From sequence record NC_062581.1: a stretch of 64,000 bases of DNA, one strand, 5' to 3'. The notes under the pieces were generated by a model, which did not search any database, was not told the DNA's origin, and saw only the letters and a list, made by a program, of their open reading frames with translations. A program made the position numbers and the translations under genes. Of the stretch, positions 48,531 through 58,238 are shown in pieces (within the stretch, counting starts at the first letter, position 1; each line of letters starts with the position of its first letter).

Positions 48531-49025
48531 ATGTCTGCAGAAGCAACAGCTGTACGTATTGGTAATTTGGAACGTCGTTTAAACGCTCTTGAAAAACGCA
48601 ATGAAATACTAGAAACATCTTTCAAAGAACTGGTTGATCTCGTTCGTACTTCGGAAACATCTTTTACTAAGAAAGTGCTTCAAGCTTTCTCAGGCGTATT
48701 CCATCAACTGTCGGATCAATTGGCTGCTACAGCACAAGGTCCAACTGCATTCGATTACGATGTTGAACCGGTAGCCGAAGGCACACCTCAATCGATCATT
48801 GTTAAACGTACAGGTGAACAATACGATTTCTCTACCAGTGTCACTCCGGATCAAATCCAGAATGAAGGCACTGAAGTTCTGGTAGAAATTTTCAAACGTA
48901 AAGAATTGCTGAAAGATGGTGAATCAGGTTGGTTCCTATTGTCAGCCAAGCATTCAGACCCACAGCAGGTGCATACCAATGGAATTCGCCCAACCGAAAC
49001 CGGTGAACCCGAAGTCAGCGCGTGA
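48531..49025 (+). CDS. hypothetical protein
   Basis: MSAEATAV start after GGAG. Confidence 0.72.
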   Translation: MSAEATAVRIGNLERRLNALEKRNEILETSFKELVDLVRTSETSFTKKVLQAFSGVFHQLSDQLAATAQGPTAFDYDVEPVAEGTPQSIIVKRTGEQYDFSTSVTPDQIQNEGTEVLVEIFKRKELLKDGESGWFLLSAKHSDPQQVHTNGIRPTETGEPEVSA

Positions 49026-49623
49026 AGAACGCATTGCACGGGAGATGGGTGAACGACCTAAGGAATATGCTACTAAAATTCTTAATGCCGTAGATCAGAA
49101 TCTTCCGACTATTAATGAATCAGCATTTGTGCATCAGGTAATACCCTTGCTGCAAAAGATTCTGGTTCCAGCCAACCGTAAAGCGTATCAACGTTTTGTA
49201 GTTGACTTAATGATGCCACTCAAAGTAGTGGATGATCATGACAAAACAAAAGTGCTGCATTTGGTACCACCGTTGACTCGTACACCGAGAACAACTGTCC
49301 CCCAGGCAGATGGTGGTTTATCAGTGGGTGACGTTATCCACAACATGAACCGTTATCGTGATCTACATCGTGTCGATTTGATTGATGACACAATGCGTGG
49401 TTTCTTACACCAGATTACGATTCTACCGGATACCATCGAAGATATACTTTTACCCATACACCGTATCCTACAGGCGTATGGCAAAGAACTCGATGTAACT
49501 GCCGATGCAAGCAACCCATTGGGTAAAGATGCTCTTCCTCCGTCAGCGGATAAAAAGGGGGAGCTAGTCTCTACCCTTTCTAATCCATCTAGTTGTTTTA
49601 CTGACGAAGAAGATGAAGACTGA
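48979..49623 (+). CDS. conserved hypothetical protein (gp64 position)
   Basis: MEFAQPK start after AGGTG; acidic C-terminus. Confidence 0.7.
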   Translation: MEFAQPKPVNPKSAREERIAREMGERPKEYATKILNAVDQNLPTINESAFVHQVIPLLQKILVPANRKAYQRFVVDLMMPLKVVDDHDKTKVLHLVPPLTRTPRTTVPQADGGLSVGDVIHNMNRYRDLHRVDLIDDTMRGFLHQITILPDTIEDILLPIHRILQAYGKELDVTADASNPLGKDALPPSADKKGELVSTLSNPSSCFTDEEDED

Positions 49624-50752
49624 TTTAACTAAAACACCAGGCTTCTTTCGTTATCTAAGTTTAGGCGATGTCCATCTTGGGCATCGTTCTACTCCTACTG
49701 CAATGATTATTCGTAATCTGGAATTAACGATTACTGATGAGTTGCTAAAAGAAGTAGACATGTTAATCATTACAGGTGACCTGTTTGATCGACAGCTTAA
49801 CAATGGTGATGAAGTAGTGCACCAGATCAACCGTTGGATTACATTGCTCATGCTGCGCTGTGCAGCTTTTAAAGTGATGATTCGAATTGTTGAAGGGACT
49901 CCAAGCCACGACCGAGAGCAATCTCGTTTTTTCACTGAGCAGCGTGTCAATGCGGATATTGATGTTGACCTGCATTACACTAAGAATCTGTCCATCGAAT
50001 ACATCGAGCGATTAGATTCCTATTTCCTTTATGTCCCTGATAAACACAATCCTTCAACTGATGTCACATTGGCAGAAGTTAAATTACGGATGGCTGAACT
50101 AGGTATTGAGAAAGTAGACTTTGCAATTATGCACGGAGCATTCTCTTATCAACTTCCAGCTATTGTCCCTGAACCTACCCACAACGAGGAAGAGTATCTC
50201 AAACTTGTTAAACACCAAATCTTGATTGGTCATGTTCACTTAATGACTATTCGTGAAAGGATTTTGGCAGCAGGTAGCTTTGACCGTATTTGTCATAATG
50301 ACGAAGGCGCTAAAGGGATGTTTAAGGTAACCGTTAAAGATGACGGAACCTGGGAAAACGTATTCATTGAAAACAGAGGTGCTAAGAAATATGTAACTCT
50401 GGATTGTCATGGCATGGACACAAAGCAACTAAACTTTGCGATCCGTGAATTCATTAAAGGTCTGGATAAAGGATCTGCGGTGCGTTTACGTTGTAATCCG
50501 AATGATGTTGCTAACGGTGATATTGAAACATACCGTCGTGAATTCCCTTTGCTGGATTGGACCGTTACAGTTGACAAAGTTGAATCTAAAAAGAATACCG
50601 TTGCTGAAACTTTTCAAGCCTTTGATATGGCACAGTTTAAAGCAATTACCCGTGACTCAATAAAAGAACTCCTGATACCGGCGTTGGCTAAGTTTGCCCC
50701 TGATGAGGCGGCAATCATGCGCTGCCTACAGAGGTTGGATGGCTTAGCCTAG
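49613..50752 (+). CDS. sbcD: SbcD/Mre11-like metallophosphoesterase nuclease (phiKZ gp65-like)
   Basis: GDVHLG, GDLFD, GTPSHD, MHG, GHVH motifs. Confidence 0.9.
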   Translation: MKTDLTKTPGFFRYLSLGDVHLGHRSTPTAMIIRNLELTITDELLKEVDMLIITGDLFDRQLNNGDEVVHQINRWITLLMLRCAAFKVMIRIVEGTPSHDREQSRFFTEQRVNADIDVDLHYTKNLSIEYIERLDSYFLYVPDKHNPSTDVTLAEVKLRMAELGIEKVDFAIMHGAFSYQLPAIVPEPTHNEEEYLKLVKHQILIGHVHLMTIRERILAAGSFDRICHNDEGAKGMFKVTVKDDGTWENVFIENRGAKKYVTLDCHGMDTKQLNFAIREFIKGLDKGSAVRLRCNPNDVANGDIETYRREFPLLDWTVTVDKVESKKNTVAETFQAFDMAQFKAITRDSIKELLIPALAKFAPDEAAIMRCLQRLDGLA

Positions 50753-50761
50753 AGGCATTAA

Positions 50762-51595
50762 ATGGATATCATCGAAAGAGACGTAGGTCAGATACCGGTC
50801 AGTATCGGGACATCTCTTGCTTTCGAAGGTTTGTTGGGTATACACCCGAATCAACCCGTACAGCCGACCAACGTTAAAACAATTCAAACCGTTTGGGTTA
50901 ACCTCCGAACTTTGGCACGCAATTTGTTTCAAGCTGTGCCTACAGACAAAGCACTTGAGTTGGATTACACCAACTCAGTTGCAGTGCTGTTAAATGAGAC
51001 ACAGGTTTTACCCGTAGCTTTATCCCAAAAAGGATTCACAGGTAAAGTCCGCTACTACCTGGCTTCTAAAGATGCAGTCAAATGGTCTTTCCCTAAAGCA
51101 AACTTCAAAGAACTGAAAAGTCCTAAGCAGATTGCTTTTGATATGTTTGAACGTTTCGTCAGTATTGAACTCTATCAACAAATGAAAGAGCTTAAGATGG
51201 ACGTAATGGAAATTGACATGAAGCCTAAGTCTGGTGAAGGCATTGTAGCTATCATGACGCACTACCCACATGAACTTTTGTGGAAGCCTCAATTCAGTCG
51301 ACTCCTGTTGTTAGAATCACACACAGGTAAGCTAAAGACTTATAACACTTGGTACACGAAACTAAACGGTATCAGTGAAAACGAATACCCTATGCCATTC
51401 ACTGAGTTTACACTTCAAGTGTTTGGAGATGGGGAACTAATCGCCCCGCAACAGCCACGATCTATTCTTAAAGAACTCAAAGAGCTTTCTAAGGCTAAGA
51501 AGTGGACAGGTATTACAACTCCAGACAAACTCTATCACGATATCATGGGTTCGTCTAAGGAATTGAAAGACCTGTATAAGCTACTCAGGAAATAA
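50762..51595 (+). CDS. conserved phiKZ-like protein (gp66-like, putative nuclease fold)
   Basis: 277 aa, PVSIGTSLA, NLRTL.RN, LLESHTG; synteny. Confidence 0.68.
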   Translation: MDIIERDVGQIPVSIGTSLAFEGLLGIHPNQPVQPTNVKTIQTVWVNLRTLARNLFQAVPTDKALELDYTNSVAVLLNETQVLPVALSQKGFTGKVRYYLASKDAVKWSFPKANFKELKSPKQIAFDMFERFVSIELYQQMKELKMDVMEIDMKPKSGEGIVAIMTHYPHELLWKPQFSRLLLLESHTGKLKTYNTWYTKLNGISENEYPMPFTEFTLQVFGDGELIAPQQPRSILKELKELSKAKKWTGITTPDKLYHDIMGSSKELKDLYKLLRK

Positions 51596-51675
51596 TACTG
51601 GGTAGCTCAATGTTACGTGACTAAAACCCGCAAGCGCAGCGGAATCAAAAAGAAAAATCCGATCGGAGTATCAAC

Positions 51676-52425
51676 ATGTCTCAAGGCAACATGCCTGCAC
51701 CAATTTTGAACGCATTCTCTGTAATGTCTACTTGGTTGTATGCAGCACCAGTTCAAGGTTCTACCAAACGTCCTTCTATCCGTTTCGGTGTTCGTGGTAA
51801 CGTTCCAACTATCTTTACCAAGACTGCTGTCGATGGTGATGAAAACCATGGTAAGATCGATTTCCGTATGGATCTGGCTACCTTTGCTGCAGCAATGCAT
51901 TATGCAAAGAACCTGATCAACAAAGTCGAAGGTACTCCACAGAAACGCGTCTTCATTTATCAAGACGATTTCCTGGCTGGTAAGAAACTGGACAAAACCA
52001 TTCCACTCTCGAAGTGGGAAATTGGTCGTGCTCAAGATGGTCGTGTTTACATGGCTGTACTCAGTACTAAAACCAGTCGTCCACGCATTCCATTCTTCTT
52101 TGGTCCATCGAAGTACCATTCCATTCAAAATGGCGATGGTTCTGAAATCACTCCAGAAGAAATGTCTGAAGCGTACGGCATGGGTTTCCTGGTACCAGCA
52201 GAAGCTATCATTTACAACCTGATGGTTTCCCAGTTTGATCAAAATGCTAAGAACGTTGCTAACCCAGCCAACTTCGGTGGTGGTAATGGCGGTGGCGGTG
52301 GTCAACGCCAAGGTGGTAATGGCGGCGGTAACTACGGTGGAAACCGTGGCGGCAACAGTGGTGGTAATTCCAGTTCCGGTGGCTTCACAGATGACGGCGG
52401 GTTTGGCGACGTAATGGCCTTCTGA
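51676..52425 (+). CDS. chmC: ChmC-like phage-nucleus RNA-binding protein (phiKZ gp67 position)
   Basis: 249 aa with a Gly/Asn-rich disordered C-tail, immediately upstream of the gp68 locus. Confidence 0.7.
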   Translation: MSQGNMPAPILNAFSVMSTWLYAAPVQGSTKRPSIRFGVRGNVPTIFTKTAVDGDENHGKIDFRMDLATFAAAMHYAKNLINKVEGTPQKRVFIYQDDFLAGKKLDKTIPLSKWEIGRAQDGRVYMAVLSTKTSRPRIPFFFGPSKYHSIQNGDGSEITPEEMSEAYGMGFLVPAEAIIYNLMVSQFDQNAKNVANPANFGGGNGGGGGQRQGGNGGGNYGGNRGGNSGGNSSSGGFTDDGGFGDVMAF

Positions 52426-52437
52426 TAAAAAGTTTTT

Positions 52438-52461
52438 GAGTGTCCTCTTAGGAGGATGCTC
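52438..52461 (+). terminator. hairpin terminator
   Basis: GAGTGTCCTC-TTAG-GAGGATGCTC. Confidence 0.75.
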
Positions 52462-52488
52462 TATGCCCCAACGTAAGGACTGCAAAAA

Positions 52489-52506
52489 ATCTCAGATCTA
52501 TATTAC
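52489..52506 (+). promoter_or_regulatory. phage early promoter (long form)
   Basis: ATCTCAGATCTATATTAC. Confidence 0.85.
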
Positions 52507-52538
52507 TAAATTGTAGTAGCGGATTAAAAAGGCGAAAC

Positions 52539-53120
52539 ATGAACACAGGCGCGTATGTAATAAAACATCGGTCTGGGATATTTTACATTGGTAGTGCAAC
52601 TGATCTAATTAAACGTAGAGATGAGCACAACTCCAGGTTGAAAAACAATGGCCATCATTGTAAACGTCTTCAAACTGCATTCAATGCCAATGGTGATTTA
52701 ATCTGGGAATATTATTATACCACCACTCGCGAAGAAGCTTATGAGATGGAGAAAAAGTTAATTAAGCAACATGCAAATGATCCTGGGCTTACAAATCAAT
52801 TTCATAATGGGTATAAACCACCATCACTAGTAAAAGCAGTTAAAAAATCTGCAGATCTTCGTCGAGGTGTTACTCTTAGTAATGAACATAAAACAAATAT
52901 TTCAAATGGACTATTGAAAGCAAACATTTCACCTGAAGCTAGAAATGCAAGAGTAGCAAGAAAGAAAAAGCCAGTTATAATTAACGATAAAAAATACGCT
53001 AGCGCAAAAGACGCAGCCAAAATATTAAATGTCGATGATGTAACTTTGCTTCGTCGTTGTAGAAGCGACAATCCTAAGTTTGCCAACTGGCAAATGGCTT
53101 TATGTGAAGAGGCGCTGTAA
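52539..53120 (+). mobile_element. free-standing GIY-YIG homing endonuclease
   Basis: GAY...YIGSA...R..EH, E and N motifs, LSNEHK NUMOD3-like, KKPV...Y.S HTH; AT-rich; paralogue of 28796-29446. Confidence 0.9.
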
Positions 53121-54694
53121 TGCGATTAGTTGTTTCAGGAATTCAAGGTAGTGGCTTTACAGAAGTAACTGCGGAACACAATGGGCAGAAACTAGCCTTC
53201 ACAACAAAGATCTATTGCAAGGTCAAACTTGCAGACCAGCAGCGTGTATTCAAAGAAATCAATAGCTACTGGGAATTCATTGGGGATGAAAAACAACAGA
53301 AGATCTGGGAGTCGTATCAGCGTATCCATGAAATTCTAAACATGTCTTTGGATACCATGCGTGTGGCAATGTCATTGCGACATTACATTCGTGAGATGTA
53401 TACGCACATGCCAATGAACGGCATGCGTAAATGGTTGTCCACTATGGGTAACTTGTTTATCCCAATAGAAATTGAAAGACAGATTACTGCTGAATCGCGC
53501 TACAACAAAAAAGAACAAACGTATCTTGAACACGAATACATCAACTTGGCTACTGTCTCGTTGGCTATTCGTCCGATGATTCCGATCTTTGGTGAATATC
53601 TCGAAAGCAGTTCCGAGTATGATCACAACAAAGAAACAGAAGTGTTGGGTTTGTTGCATGATTGTGAAGTGGCAAACTGGCCATTGAATGAAGTCGGTCC
53701 TCACGGCGAGGAAGTTGATACAGCTTTCGATAAGCTAGCTGGCTACGTACAGTTTTGTGTAGAAGATGAACCAACTACATTGGGTCGTCTATGGCGAGGT
53801 ACTTCTTCTGTAGAAGTTCCCGTACACTTGCGTTCTAAAGTACTGGTCCGTCGATTGACTATTGTTCCATTGGATGACATTACATCGTTCTCCATTGTAG
53901 CTAATGCGTATCGATATGTTCGGAGTATCATTAATCCGAATGAGCGCACCACAGCTGAAAGAGTCAACGAAAAGAAACCAGAGTCTGGCGGTGACGAAGA
54001 TGAAAAGACTTCGTTCTTGGAAGCACATAAAACCAAGCACCGTGTTCCACCTGGAGACATTGAAGCATTTAACCTGGATACTAACGATCATGTTAAGTTA
54101 GCTCAACGAGTTGACCCAACAGTAGATCTGAAAAAGCTTCAGTTGTGTGTCAATGCAATCCGTAATGTGTCAAACGTTTCAATCAATCCACACCAAGTGA
54201 AGATTGCTCAATGGGTAATGGCAAAAGCCTTTCCAGCTAAAGCATTCTACCACATTAACAAAGTTGCTACCAACAACATGCTCGCTACTGCTCAAGCATT
54301 GCTTTGGCATTGGGGTTTCCTGGACATCGCGGTGTTCCAGCAAGTAGAGTTGTTGAAGCAAGGGGAATCTGGTTCTCAATTCCAATTGGGTTCCACACGT
54401 ACAAACTCTCGCATTCCGAATCGTTATAAAGACGAACTGAATGAATTGTTTCCCCATCAGAAAGCACCTCAGTATACTAATGCTGGCATGCCTATGCGTA
54501 CAGAAAACATGGCTGGCACTGCTATTAGTACCGCCACTGCGTCGATCCACGCATCCAATTGGATCTATCGTGGTCCTACGGAACTGTATAAAGAAGCTGG
54601 TCAAGTAACCAGTAACCAAGTACTGATTATTCCGCAAACCATCAAAGCTACACTGACAGAACTCGTTCTGCATCTGGGTCGTCTTAATAAGTAA
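53120..54694 (+). CDS. non-virion RNAP promoter-specificity subunit (phiKZ gp68-like)
   Basis: 524 aa; F.EIN.YW; position between chmC-like and gp69-like genes. Confidence 0.82.
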   Translation: MRLVVSGIQGSGFTEVTAEHNGQKLAFTTKIYCKVKLADQQRVFKEINSYWEFIGDEKQQKIWESYQRIHEILNMSLDTMRVAMSLRHYIREMYTHMPMNGMRKWLSTMGNLFIPIEIERQITAESRYNKKEQTYLEHEYINLATVSLAIRPMIPIFGEYLESSSEYDHNKETEVLGLLHDCEVANWPLNEVGPHGEEVDTAFDKLAGYVQFCVEDEPTTLGRLWRGTSSVEVPVHLRSKVLVRRLTIVPLDDITSFSIVANAYRYVRSIINPNERTTAERVNEKKPESGGDEDEKTSFLEAHKTKHRVPPGDIEAFNLDTNDHVKLAQRVDPTVDLKKLQLCVNAIRNVSNVSINPHQVKIAQWVMAKAFPAKAFYHINKVATNNMLATAQALLWHWGFLDIAVFQQVELLKQGESGSQFQLGSTRTNSRIPNRYKDELNELFPHQKAPQYTNAGMPMRTENMAGTAISTATASIHASNWIYRGPTELYKEAGQVTSNQVLIIPQTIKATLTELVLHLGRLNK

Positions 54695-54709
54695 TCGTGA
54701 GGTAGTTCA

Positions 54710-56398
54710 ATGTTCAACCCCATGGCTGGTATGGGTAATCCAAGTGTCCGTATCGGTAATCTTGTCCTGGTTCAATCCGGCACTTACCAAGAGCAACACG
54801 TTCGTCCGTTTCAGATGAATGTATCCACTGATGTGATTAACCAATTGCATCAAGTAACTCGGGGTGGTATGAACCTGGGTGTATCTGCAGTACAAGACAT
54901 TGCTGGATCTATCGTGCAACCTGCTGCCATGACTGAAGGTCTGGTAAACATCTGGGGCGATGGCTGGCGTTCCCGCCGCTTCCGTGGTTTCCTGCGTGTA
55001 CATGAACAACATCCACTGATTAAAGATACTTCTACACAACGTATCTTCTTCATCTATACTGACCAGTGTGATGTAAGCTATACCGATCGCCTTGATCCAC
55101 AAATGCGTGTGTACTTTAACTCTGAAACCGTAATTGCGGAACAAGTTAAGAACACCCCAATGGGTCTGCAAAAGACTGCAAAAGTAGTATCCGCAAACCA
55201 GATCGTTACTCCTGTCGATATGATGGCTGGCAACAATGGCTTGTTCAGTACTGCTGCTTCACACTTGATCCGTCCTGAAGATGTATTCTCGATCGGTCAC
55301 ACACAAGCAATCGTTCAACGTCTGCAAGACTCTGGTCGTTTCCAGGGTACTATCAACCGCATGCATGATCACCGCACGATGGTTGGTGAATGTGGTGCTT
55401 ATCAATATTCGCATCGTCAAGATACTTCGCCAGTTCGGTATGTATCTAACGCACTGGGTGCTTTCCAGCATTCCGTTCGTGAAGCAGACATGTTGAGTGA
55501 TGATAACTTTGGTAATGCCGCAGCTAACTCGAAAGAGCATCTGTATGGCGAAGCGCAGTCATATGCAGCTAACCAAAACATCCACAGCAACTCGTTCTTG
55601 GCTATTTTGAAAGAACGTGCTGGTTACATGGAACGTGGTTACGTTACATGGGGTGAACTGTGTGGACTGTTCCCTGAACTGGTGCAGCAACACGGTTGTG
55701 CTCAATGGGCCATGGATAATGGTCAGTCGATGCGTAAGGTAAACTTTGCCGAATCGTCGATGCACTTCCATGGTGCTGACATGACTTCGATTGCAGCTGC
55801 TACTCTGGCTCAGACTATCCCATCGTTGATGATGGATACGTTCCTGCGCCACGTAAGCTTTGCTGTAACCAATGGCGACATGCCTGGTACGTATCGTTTC
55901 GAGTTTCATGGTGAAGGCATTAAGTCTATCATGGAAGGCGTAGACATGCGTGGGTATCTGATTGAATTCGAACGTCGGCTGGCTACAGATGCCTTGAACA
56001 CAATCTCCATGAATAACCAGATGTCATTCCAACTATCCATGTCTTCCGACTTGGCTGGTGATTCGGTTATTGATATCAGCCTGAATGGTGAGCAGGTTGT
56101 TCGTTTCGTAGCACCAACATTTACCGATGGTCTGTTTACTCCGGTCATCACCCGAGATGCGGCTAAAGCCAATAAGATCTCAAACGACATGCTGTACCTG
56201 GTGTCGGAAGTTGTGCCTAACGCACCTAAGCATGCAGCTATGCTGGCAATGCAAAACGTAGGCCAAAATTTTCCACAACAAACGCAACATGAGCAATTCA
56301 TGGTCACGCCTTATCAGCATCCAACCATGCCTGCAGCAAACTACAACCCTACAATTCAACAAGGTACATTGAATGCTATCTCTTTCGAAGGTCTATGA
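54710..56398 (+). CDS. picA: phage-nucleus protein import factor PicA/Imp1 (phiKZ gp69-like)
   Basis: 562 aa; SGTYQEQ..RPF, GW...RF; directly after gp68-like gene. Confidence 0.75.
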   Translation: MFNPMAGMGNPSVRIGNLVLVQSGTYQEQHVRPFQMNVSTDVINQLHQVTRGGMNLGVSAVQDIAGSIVQPAAMTEGLVNIWGDGWRSRRFRGFLRVHEQHPLIKDTSTQRIFFIYTDQCDVSYTDRLDPQMRVYFNSETVIAEQVKNTPMGLQKTAKVVSANQIVTPVDMMAGNNGLFSTAASHLIRPEDVFSIGHTQAIVQRLQDSGRFQGTINRMHDHRTMVGECGAYQYSHRQDTSPVRYVSNALGAFQHSVREADMLSDDNFGNAAANSKEHLYGEAQSYAANQNIHSNSFLAILKERAGYMERGYVTWGELCGLFPELVQQHGCAQWAMDNGQSMRKVNFAESSMHFHGADMTSIAAATLAQTIPSLMMDTFLRHVSFAVTNGDMPGTYRFEFHGEGIKSIMEGVDMRGYLIEFERRLATDALNTISMNNQMSFQLSMSSDLAGDSVIDISLNGEQVVRFVAPTFTDGLFTPVITRDAAKANKISNDMLYLVSEVVPNAPKHAAMLAMQNVGQNFPQQTQHEQFMVTPYQHPTMPAANYNPTIQQGTLNAISFEGL

Positions 56399-57770
56399 GG
56401 GTATCCTGCGGTCCATGCAGTATGACGTGGACGAAACAGGATTGGTAAGTATCCTCACTCCAACGGGTACTAAAGCCGAAGCAAAAGTCAACGGCGCTCG
56501 TTTGGTAGTTCCGACTCAGAAGCGTCTGCGTGATGGCTTCACGGAAGATCTGCAACCTTACCACCCACTGTGCGAAAGTATTTCTCGCCGTGGTACTTCA
56601 CCAGTGCTGCAACACATGCAGCGCTCGGTTAAGCAACACCTGGGTTTCTTGATCTCGTTCTTGGCAGATGCTCTGGTTAAGGTATCGCTGAATACCTCGA
56701 TTCATAAAGACCTGCCACCCGATCTGTCTGATGTACTGATGAAGCTTACTGGTGTCACGGATAAAACCGAAGAACTGCTGGGCAAGCTGATTCAAGCAGC
56801 ACACAAACAAAACAAACTGATCACAGTTTATCTGAAAGGTCCTGGTACATTCCAAGGCCAGAAAGTAAACCGGATTGCTGTTATCCGTTTTCCAATCCTG
56901 GATGAACTGGATAATGATGCTGCCAAAGATCTGGTACTGGGCGTTAAGGTTCCGACCAAACAACGCAAAGTAATCTCCAGTCTGCTGCGCATGATTGTTC
57001 CGCATGGCGATAACTCTGAAGAATACTCGGCTGGTACTGTTAGCCGTGTAGCTCCATTCTTCACTGCGTTCTTGCAAGCATATCACAAGATCGCAACTCG
57101 CTTGAACCAATCGATCAACCGTTTTGCTGGTCCTTTGGCTCTGCCATTGAAACCAATTGAACTGTATCCATTGGAATGGCTGGATGAGTTCCCGAACATC
57201 TACAATCAAATCCCATCGCTGAATGGTAATGATGGTGGTACTGATGAAGTAGCTGAAGAAACGGTAGCCCCTGCTGTGCAACCTCAGCAACAACGTCAAC
57301 AAACCGTTACGCCACAGTTGACCGGTAACATGCCGCAACTGGCTAACATGTTTGCACCACAGCAAAACGTTGTTCCACAACAACAGCGTCCAGCATCGGC
57401 TTCTGCACCACAAAACCAAAAGCCAAAACAATCGGTAGCTGATATGCTGCGTGGTAGCCAACCACAAATGCCACAGTACCAGCAACAACCAATGTATCAA
57501 CAGCCGCAGCAAATGATGCAATACCCACAGCAGCAGATGGTCAACCAATACGGTCAGATCATTCAGCAACCCATGATGGCTCCGCCTAATGGCCAAGTGC
57601 AGTTGCCGTGGATGCAACAACAGCAGCAACAGATGCAACCACAAAACCCGTACCTGCAAGTGTTTCAACAGCCGCAGCAAATGATGCAACAACCGCAATA
57701 CGGTCAGCAATTCCAGCAGTATCAACAACAACCCCAACAGTTCCAGCAATACGGAACTAACGGGCTGTAA
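56373..57770 (+). CDS. conserved protein with Gln/Pro-rich low-complexity C-tail (phiKZ gp70-like)
   Basis: 465 aa; YHPLCES; last ~165 aa dominated by QQPQ/QQP repeats. Confidence 0.78.
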   Translation: MLSLSKVYEGILRSMQYDVDETGLVSILTPTGTKAEAKVNGARLVVPTQKRLRDGFTEDLQPYHPLCESISRRGTSPVLQHMQRSVKQHLGFLISFLADALVKVSLNTSIHKDLPPDLSDVLMKLTGVTDKTEELLGKLIQAAHKQNKLITVYLKGPGTFQGQKVNRIAVIRFPILDELDNDAAKDLVLGVKVPTKQRKVISSLLRMIVPHGDNSEEYSAGTVSRVAPFFTAFLQAYHKIATRLNQSINRFAGPLALPLKPIELYPLEWLDEFPNIYNQIPSLNGNDGGTDEVAEETVAPAVQPQQQRQQTVTPQLTGNMPQLANMFAPQQNVVPQQQRPASASAPQNQKPKQSVADMLRGSQPQMPQYQQQPMYQQPQQMMQYPQQQMVNQYGQIIQQPMMAPPNGQVQLPWMQQQQQQMQPQNPYLQVFQQPQQMMQQPQYGQQFQQYQQQPQQFQQYGTNGL

Positions 57771-57778
57771 CGACATAT

Positions 57779-57798
57779 TGGGAGCCTTCGGGCTCCCA
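57779..57798. terminator. bidirectional terminator
   Basis: TGGGAGCC-TTCG-GGCTCCCA between convergent genes. Confidence 0.9.
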
Positions 57799-57802
57799 GT
57801 AT

Positions 57803-58168
57803 TCATTTAAATTTTCTACTCATATAGAGTCGAACGATCCCATCGATCAAGTTTTGGTTTGGTCTAATGAGTACAGGTCGTACTAATGGGTTACTGTCAT
57901 CACGCATTTCTTTAGCGAACTGATTCGGATTAGTCATCCCATTCATTCGTAAATGAATAAAATGGTATTCTGGGGAAATACCTTTCTCTACTAGATAACC
58001 ATAAAAATCACCTTCGTATTGATAGAAGAGGTCTAGCGGAATATCTTCACGTGCAGCAGCCCGATTGATTAGAATGTTGAGATGCGTCTCTAACACTAAT
58101 CTGAAATCTGGGTCGTAGTATAAATCATCACCGGGCTTGGCCATATTTTCAAAGATTGTGAATGCCAT
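57803..58168 (-). CDS. conserved small protein, possibly LysM/T4 gp53-like baseplate component
   Basis: 121 aa; YEGDFYGYL...LRMNG..NP pattern; function inferred. Confidence 0.6.
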   Translation of the reverse strand: MAFTIFENMAKPGDDLYYDPDFRLVLETHLNILINRAAAREDIPLDLFYQYEGDFYGYLVEKGISPEYHFIHLRMNGMTNPNQFAKEMRDDSNPLVRPVLIRPNQNLIDGIVRLYMSRKFK

Positions 58169-58189
58169 TGTAGTTCCTATTGCATTGGA

Positions 58190-58207
58190 TTTGAAATCTA
58201 TATCATT
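58190..58207 (+). promoter_or_regulatory. promoter-like motif
   Basis: TTTGAAATCTATATCATT, identical to 40037-40054, 31 nt upstream of RNAP beta. Confidence 0.55.
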
Positions 58208-58238
58208 GATTGGCTAAACCAACTGGAGTATTGCAAAC

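Noticed and set aside
51596-51660. GGGTAGCTCAAT tRNA-like start in the chmC leader
   Set aside because: No anticodon or T arm; only short hairpins.
51613-52485. 290-aa antisense ORF opposite chmC-like gene
   Set aside because: Mirror of Gly (GGT/GGC) repeats giving Thr/Ala runs; the sense gene is conserved.
56598-57806. 402-aa Leu-rich antisense ORF
   Set aside because: Reverse complement of CAA/CAG glutamine repeats gives Leu runs without stops.
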